Assembly: GCA_963708025.1 (NCBI GenBank) | Contig: CAVPSB010000016.1 | Coordinates: 224,001 to 288,000 of the forward strand | Origin: an uncultured Candidatus Rokubacteria bacterium | GTDB taxonomy: Bacteria > Methylomirabilota > Methylomirabilia > Rokubacteriales > DASRDR01 | DNA length: 64,000 bases | Direction of reading: 5' to 3' | Part shown: positions 60,293 to 64,000 of the stretch, piece after piece | Position numbering within the stretch: position 1 is the stretch's first letter | How the letters are laid out: every line of letters begins with the position of its first letter | Notes under the pieces: model-generated | Told to the model about the DNA's origin: nothing | The model's input: only the letters and a program-made list of their open reading frames with translations | Databases searched by the model: none | Made by a program: the position numbers and the translations under genes

Positions 60293-62787
60293 TCCCCGTA
60301 TTCGGTCTCTTCGCGGTCGCCTTGATCGAGGCCTTCCTGGCAGTGCTGGTGCTCGTCCGGAGTCCGAACCGCGCGGTCAACCGCTGGTTCTCCGGCTATG
60401 CCGTGGCGCTGGCGGCCTGGGGCACAGTCAACGGTGTCTTTCTCGCCGTGGAGAACCCACCGGTCAACCTGATCCTCTCCCGGGCGGCTTTTGCCGCGGC
60501 GGCGCTCATCGCGGTCATGTTCTATCGATTCGCCACGGTGTTTCCGAATCCTGGGGTCTCTCGAGCCAGGTCCGAGCAGGCGGTGACGCTCGTCGGCCTG
60601 TTCATGTGCGGGCTGGCCTTCTCCCCGTGGATCGTCGCGGAGGTCCGGATCCACGGAGACGGCTTCCGCCTGATCTACGGTCGGCTTCACCCGTTCTTCG
60701 CCCTGTACTTCGTGACGTCGTACGGATGGGCCCTGGTCCACCTGGTGCGGAAGCTTCGGCGGGCGACCGGCTTCGCCCGGGCCCAGCTCCAGTACCTCTT
60801 CCTCGGGACGGGGCTCGGATGTGTCGGGGCAGTGACCACGAACCTCGCGGTACCGCTGCTCTTCGGAACGTCCCGATTCAGCCGGTACGGCCCCTACTTC
60901 ACGCTTCTGGTCGTCGCCTTTGCGGCGCACTCGATCGTGCGACACCGGCTCCTGGACATCCGGATCGTGATCAGCCGATCGGCCGCGTACATCGTCGGCT
61001 GGGTGGTCACCGCCGGCCTGCTGGTCACCGGCACCATCCTGCTGAGCGAGGTGCTCCTCGGCTACAACATTCCCCCGGCAATCGACGTGCTCGTCGGGCT
61101 CGTCGCCGCCGTGTGGTTCCTGGCCGTGGCGCCGTACACGCGGCAACTCGCCGACCGCTATCTGTACCGGCCGGCCTACGACGCTCGGCAGCTCGTCCGC
61201 GACGGGAGCCGTCTCATGGGAACGCTGGCCGATCCCGAGCGGGTCACCACGGCGATGGCGGAGCTACTGAACTCGGCCCTCCGGATGGAGAGCCTCGCCA
61301 TCCTGGTGCGCGACCGCGAGCGCGAGACGTTCCACCCCGGCTTCGCCCGTCACCTGGACCCGACCCTCGCCTGGCCGACCCAGCCCGTCCCGACCTCGTC
61401 GGCGCTCGTCCGCGAGCTGCGGGAGAGCGCCGGCTCGCTGCTCACCGACGACCTGGCTCACCGCGCCCCGTCACGGGCGGTCGCGGCCATCGCCGGCGAG
61501 CTACGGGCCTGGCGGGCGGAGGTGGCGGTGCCGGTGCGGCGCGAGGGCGAGCTGATCGCGATCATGCTGGCGGGGGCCAGGCTGTCCGGCGATCCCTACT
61601 TCGCCGACGACGTGGATCTGCTCGAGACGATGGCGAGCCAGCTCGCCATCGGGCTCAAGAACGGCCAGCTCTATCAGGAGATCGTGTCGATCAAGGAGTA
61701 CAACGAGCGCATCCTGGCCCGGATGGACTCGGGGGTCGTCGCCGTCCGTGACGACGGCGCGGTGACGACCTTCAACCCCGCCGCCGAGCAGATCACCGGC
61801 CTGGCGGCCGGCGTCGTGCTCGGGCGCGCCCTCCAGGCGCTGGACCCGGCCATCCAGGGCATTCTCAGGGCCAGCCTCACCGGGCAGCCCGACGCGGAGA
61901 CGGAGATCACGATCGGCCATCCGGATGGGCGGACCCTGCCGCTCCTGACCCACACCTCGGCGCTCCACGACGCGAACGGACAAATCCGCGGGGCCATCGT
62001 CGTCTTCAACGATCATTCGCGGCTGAAGGCCCTGGAGGAGGACAAGCGGCGGGCCGACCGGCTGGCCGCCATGGGCGCCCTGGCCACCGGCATCGCGCAC
62101 GAGATCCGCAACCCGCTGGTCGCCATCAAGACCTTCGCCGAGCTGCTCCCCGAGCGCGCCGACGACGTCGAGTTCAAGTCCACCTTCGCCAAGGTGGCCG
62201 CCAAGGAGATCCACCGGATCGAGGAGCTGCTGGGCCGGCTGCGGGCCCTGGCGGTGCCGGCGGTGGCGACGCTCCATCCCCTCGATCTCACCGGACCCAT
62301 CGCCGACACCCTCGACCTGCTCCGGGGGGAGGCCGATCGCCGTCACGTGCGCGTGATGAGCGAGATCGAGCCCGACTTGCCCCCGGTGCTCGGCGAGCCC
62401 GATCAGCTCAAGCAGCTCCTCCTGAACCTGCTCCTGAACGCCCTGGACGCCATGGACGCGCTGCCGGTGGGCGGGACACTCAGCGTGACGGCGCGGGTCG
62501 ATCGGCTCCGCCGCGGTCGGGGCGCCAAGCCCTCGGGCGGCTTCGTCACTGTCCGGGTGACGGACACCGGCCCCGGCATCCCCCGGGACGACCTGTCCCG
62601 GATCTTCGAGCCGTTCTTCACGACGAAGGCGCAGGGCACCGGCCTCGGCCTGGCCATTTGCCGGGGCATCGCCGACGCCCACCGCGCGCGGCTCTGGGCC
62701 GAGCCAGGGCCCGCCGGCGCCGGGACGGCGTTCGTGATCCAGTTCCCGGCGTTGGTGGGGGCGCCGGTCGTCGAGGCCCTCCGATGA
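60289..62787 (+). CDS. Multi-TM (HisKA_7TM-like) GAF-PAS sensor histidine kinase
   Basis: About 8 hydrophobic helices, GAF (LSGDPYFADDVDLL), PAS (FNPAAEQITG), IAHEIRNPL, NALDA, DTGPG, FFTTK, GLGL; ATG overlaps the KS stop (ATGA). Confidence 0.92.
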   Translation: MIPVFGLFAVALIEAFLAVLVLVRSPNRAVNRWFSGYAVALAAWGTVNGVFLAVENPPVNLILSRAAFAAAALIAVMFYRFATVFPNPGVSRARSEQAVTLVGLFMCGLAFSPWIVAEVRIHGDGFRLIYGRLHPFFALYFVTSYGWALVHLVRKLRRATGFARAQLQYLFLGTGLGCVGAVTTNLAVPLLFGTSRFSRYGPYFTLLVVAFAAHSIVRHRLLDIRIVISRSAAYIVGWVVTAGLLVTGTILLSEVLLGYNIPPAIDVLVGLVAAVWFLAVAPYTRQLADRYLYRPAYDARQLVRDGSRLMGTLADPERVTTAMAELLNSALRMESLAILVRDRERETFHPGFARHLDPTLAWPTQPVPTSSALVRELRESAGSLLTDDLAHRAPSRAVAAIAGELRAWRAEVAVPVRREGELIAIMLAGARLSGDPYFADDVDLLETMASQLAIGLKNGQLYQEIVSIKEYNERILARMDSGVVAVRDDGAVTTFNPAAEQITGLAAGVVLGRALQALDPAIQGILRASLTGQPDAETEITIGHPDGRTLPLLTHTSALHDANGQIRGAIVVFNDHSRLKALEEDKRRADRLAAMGALATGIAHEIRNPLVAIKTFAELLPERADDVEFKSTFAKVAAKEIHRIEELLGRLRALAVPAVATLHPLDLTGPIADTLDLLRGEADRRHVRVMSEIEPDLPPVLGEPDQLKQLLLNLLLNALDAMDALPVGGTLSVTARVDRLRRGRGAKPSGGFVTVRVTDTGPGIPRDDLSRIFEPFFTTKAQGTGLGLAICRGIADAHRARLWAEPGPAGAGTAFVIQFPALVGAPVVEALR

Positions 62788-62842
62788 GCGGCACCGGTCA
62801 GTGGTCAGAACCACTCATGCTGTCTTACCCTGAGGGGACTCG

Positions 62843-64000
62843 ATGAGAACCGCAGCCCTCCTCACCCGTGACGCGAAGCTGGCCGAGCGCTTCCGGCGCC
62901 TCCTCGACCGCACGCTCCACCTCGTCCAGGGGGTGTCACTCCCCGTCGCCAAGGACCAGGGCCCCGCGTTGCCGATCGACCTCGTGCTGGTGGACCTGGC
63001 GTCGGTGCCGCTGTTCGCAGTCGAGCTGGACGCGATCCGCGCCCGCCACCCCGACTCGCTGATCGTCGCCCTGCTCCCGCCGGCGGAGGCGGGCGAGCCG
63101 CTGGCCCTCGAGGTGGAGCCGTACGAGCTGGTCCTGCAGACCGACCTCTCGGACTCCGTGCTCCGCTCCGGCATCGAGCACGCCCTCCGCTTCCAGCGGC
63201 TGGGTCAGGAGACGGCGACGCTCCGCCGCGAGCGACAGCGGTCCGAGATCAGCCCGGCCCCGGAGCGCGAGCCCGCCAGCCCGGCCAGCAGCCTGGGCAC
63301 CGTGCTCAAGGAGATGGGCAAGCTGCTGGCCGCGCACTTCGACCTCGAGCGGATCGTGGACTTCTTCCTGGACGCGATCACCGAGCTGGTCCGGCCGGGA
63401 CGGGCGGCGTTGCTCCTGGCCGACGACGAGGAGCAGCGCTACCGGATCCGCGGCCATCGGGGTCTCGACCCGGCGCTGACGCGGGAGCTCTGGCTGCGGG
63501 GCGACGACGGGCTACCGGCCTGGTTCCGCCGCCATGCCCGGCCGGCGCTGCGGCGCGAGCTGGAGCGTGATCCCGAATGGCTCGACGCCGCCCGCGAGCT
63601 GACCGTGCTGGGCGGCGAGGTGGCGGTGCCGCTGTGGGTCCAGGCCAAGCTGGTGGGCATCCTGGCGCTCGGGCCGCGGGTCACCGGCCAGGCCTACGCG
63701 GGTGAGGACCTGGAGCGGCTCTTCACCCTGGCCAGCCAGGTCGCGGTGGCCCTCGAGGACATCTCGCTCTTCAACACGGTCCGGGCCCAGCACACGTTCA
63801 TCGAGCAGGTCCTGGCCCGTCTGCAGAGCGGGGCCATCACGATCGACGGCGGGAGCCGGGTGACGCTCTTCAACCAGCGCGCCGAGGAGCTGCTCGGTCA
63901 GCCGAAGAGCGACGTGCTGGGTGAGGATCTCCGGGCCCTGCCCTCCCCGCTGGGCGACCTCCTGTTCGAGACGGCCCGGGACGGGCGGGAGCTCAGGCTC
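62843..64000 (+). CDS. Receiver-like + GAF + PAS signalling protein (probable kinase), runs off the window
   Basis: Open frame MRTAALL...DLVLVD...GPRVTGQAYAGEDLERL...TLFNQRAEELLG with no stop; absent from the ORF track because incomplete. Confidence 0.82.
   Translation, partial: MRTAALLTRDAKLAERFRRLLDRTLHLVQGVSLPVAKDQGPALPIDLVLVDLASVPLFAVELDAIRARHPDSLIVALLPPAEAGEPLALEVEPYELVLQTDLSDSVLRSGIEHALRFQRLGQETATLRRERQRSEISPAPEREPASPASSLGTVLKEMGKLLAAHFDLERIVDFFLDAITELVRPGRAALLLADDEEQRYRIRGHRGLDPALTRELWLRGDDGLPAWFRRHARPALRRELERDPEWLDAARELTVLGGEVAVPLWVQAKLVGILALGPRVTGQAYAGEDLERLFTLASQVAVALEDISLFNTVRAQHTFIEQVLARLQSGAITIDGGSRVTLFNQRAEELLGQPKSDVLGEDLRALPSPLGDLLFETARDGRELRL

Overview
High-GC bacterial window with no rRNA, tRNA or CRISPR array. 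The gene content (Tat-exported and branched-chain ABC binders, LLM monooxygenases, class III cyclases, many GAF kinases) resembles Candidatus Rokubacteria/Methylomirabilota; this is inference only. Many genes carry single-base frameshifts, dense at about 3.6-4.9 kb and 26-35.5 kb, probably consensus errors, so pseudogene calls there are provisional. Left to right: (1) an integrase-less integron cassette array (attC sites at about 2.1, 3.3 and 9.4 kb), one cassette split by an ISL3 element with perfect 28-bp IRs and an 8-bp TSD; (2) catabolic genes and gene debris, including a comM scar; (3) a NAL1-like protease followed by a stand-alone prodomain-like gene; (4) a four-gene secreted cluster (two PKD proteins, a small beta-sandwich protein, a Zn-phospholipase-C/P1-nuclease-like enzyme); (5) a liv-type ABC operon, GAF kinases and ampG-nagZ; (6) a KS-ACP-KS' triplet coupled to a multi-TM GAF-PAS histidine kinase. 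Best candidate for an undescribed system: loci 4 and 6, 32 kb apart, are each preceded by the same TGTGCA-N3-TGCACA palindrome 79-88 bp upstream of a sigma54 GG-N10-GC site. This suggests a shared regulon, possibly a lipid-signal (quorum-sensing-like) circuit controlling a secreted effector/immunity module. That model is a hypothesis.
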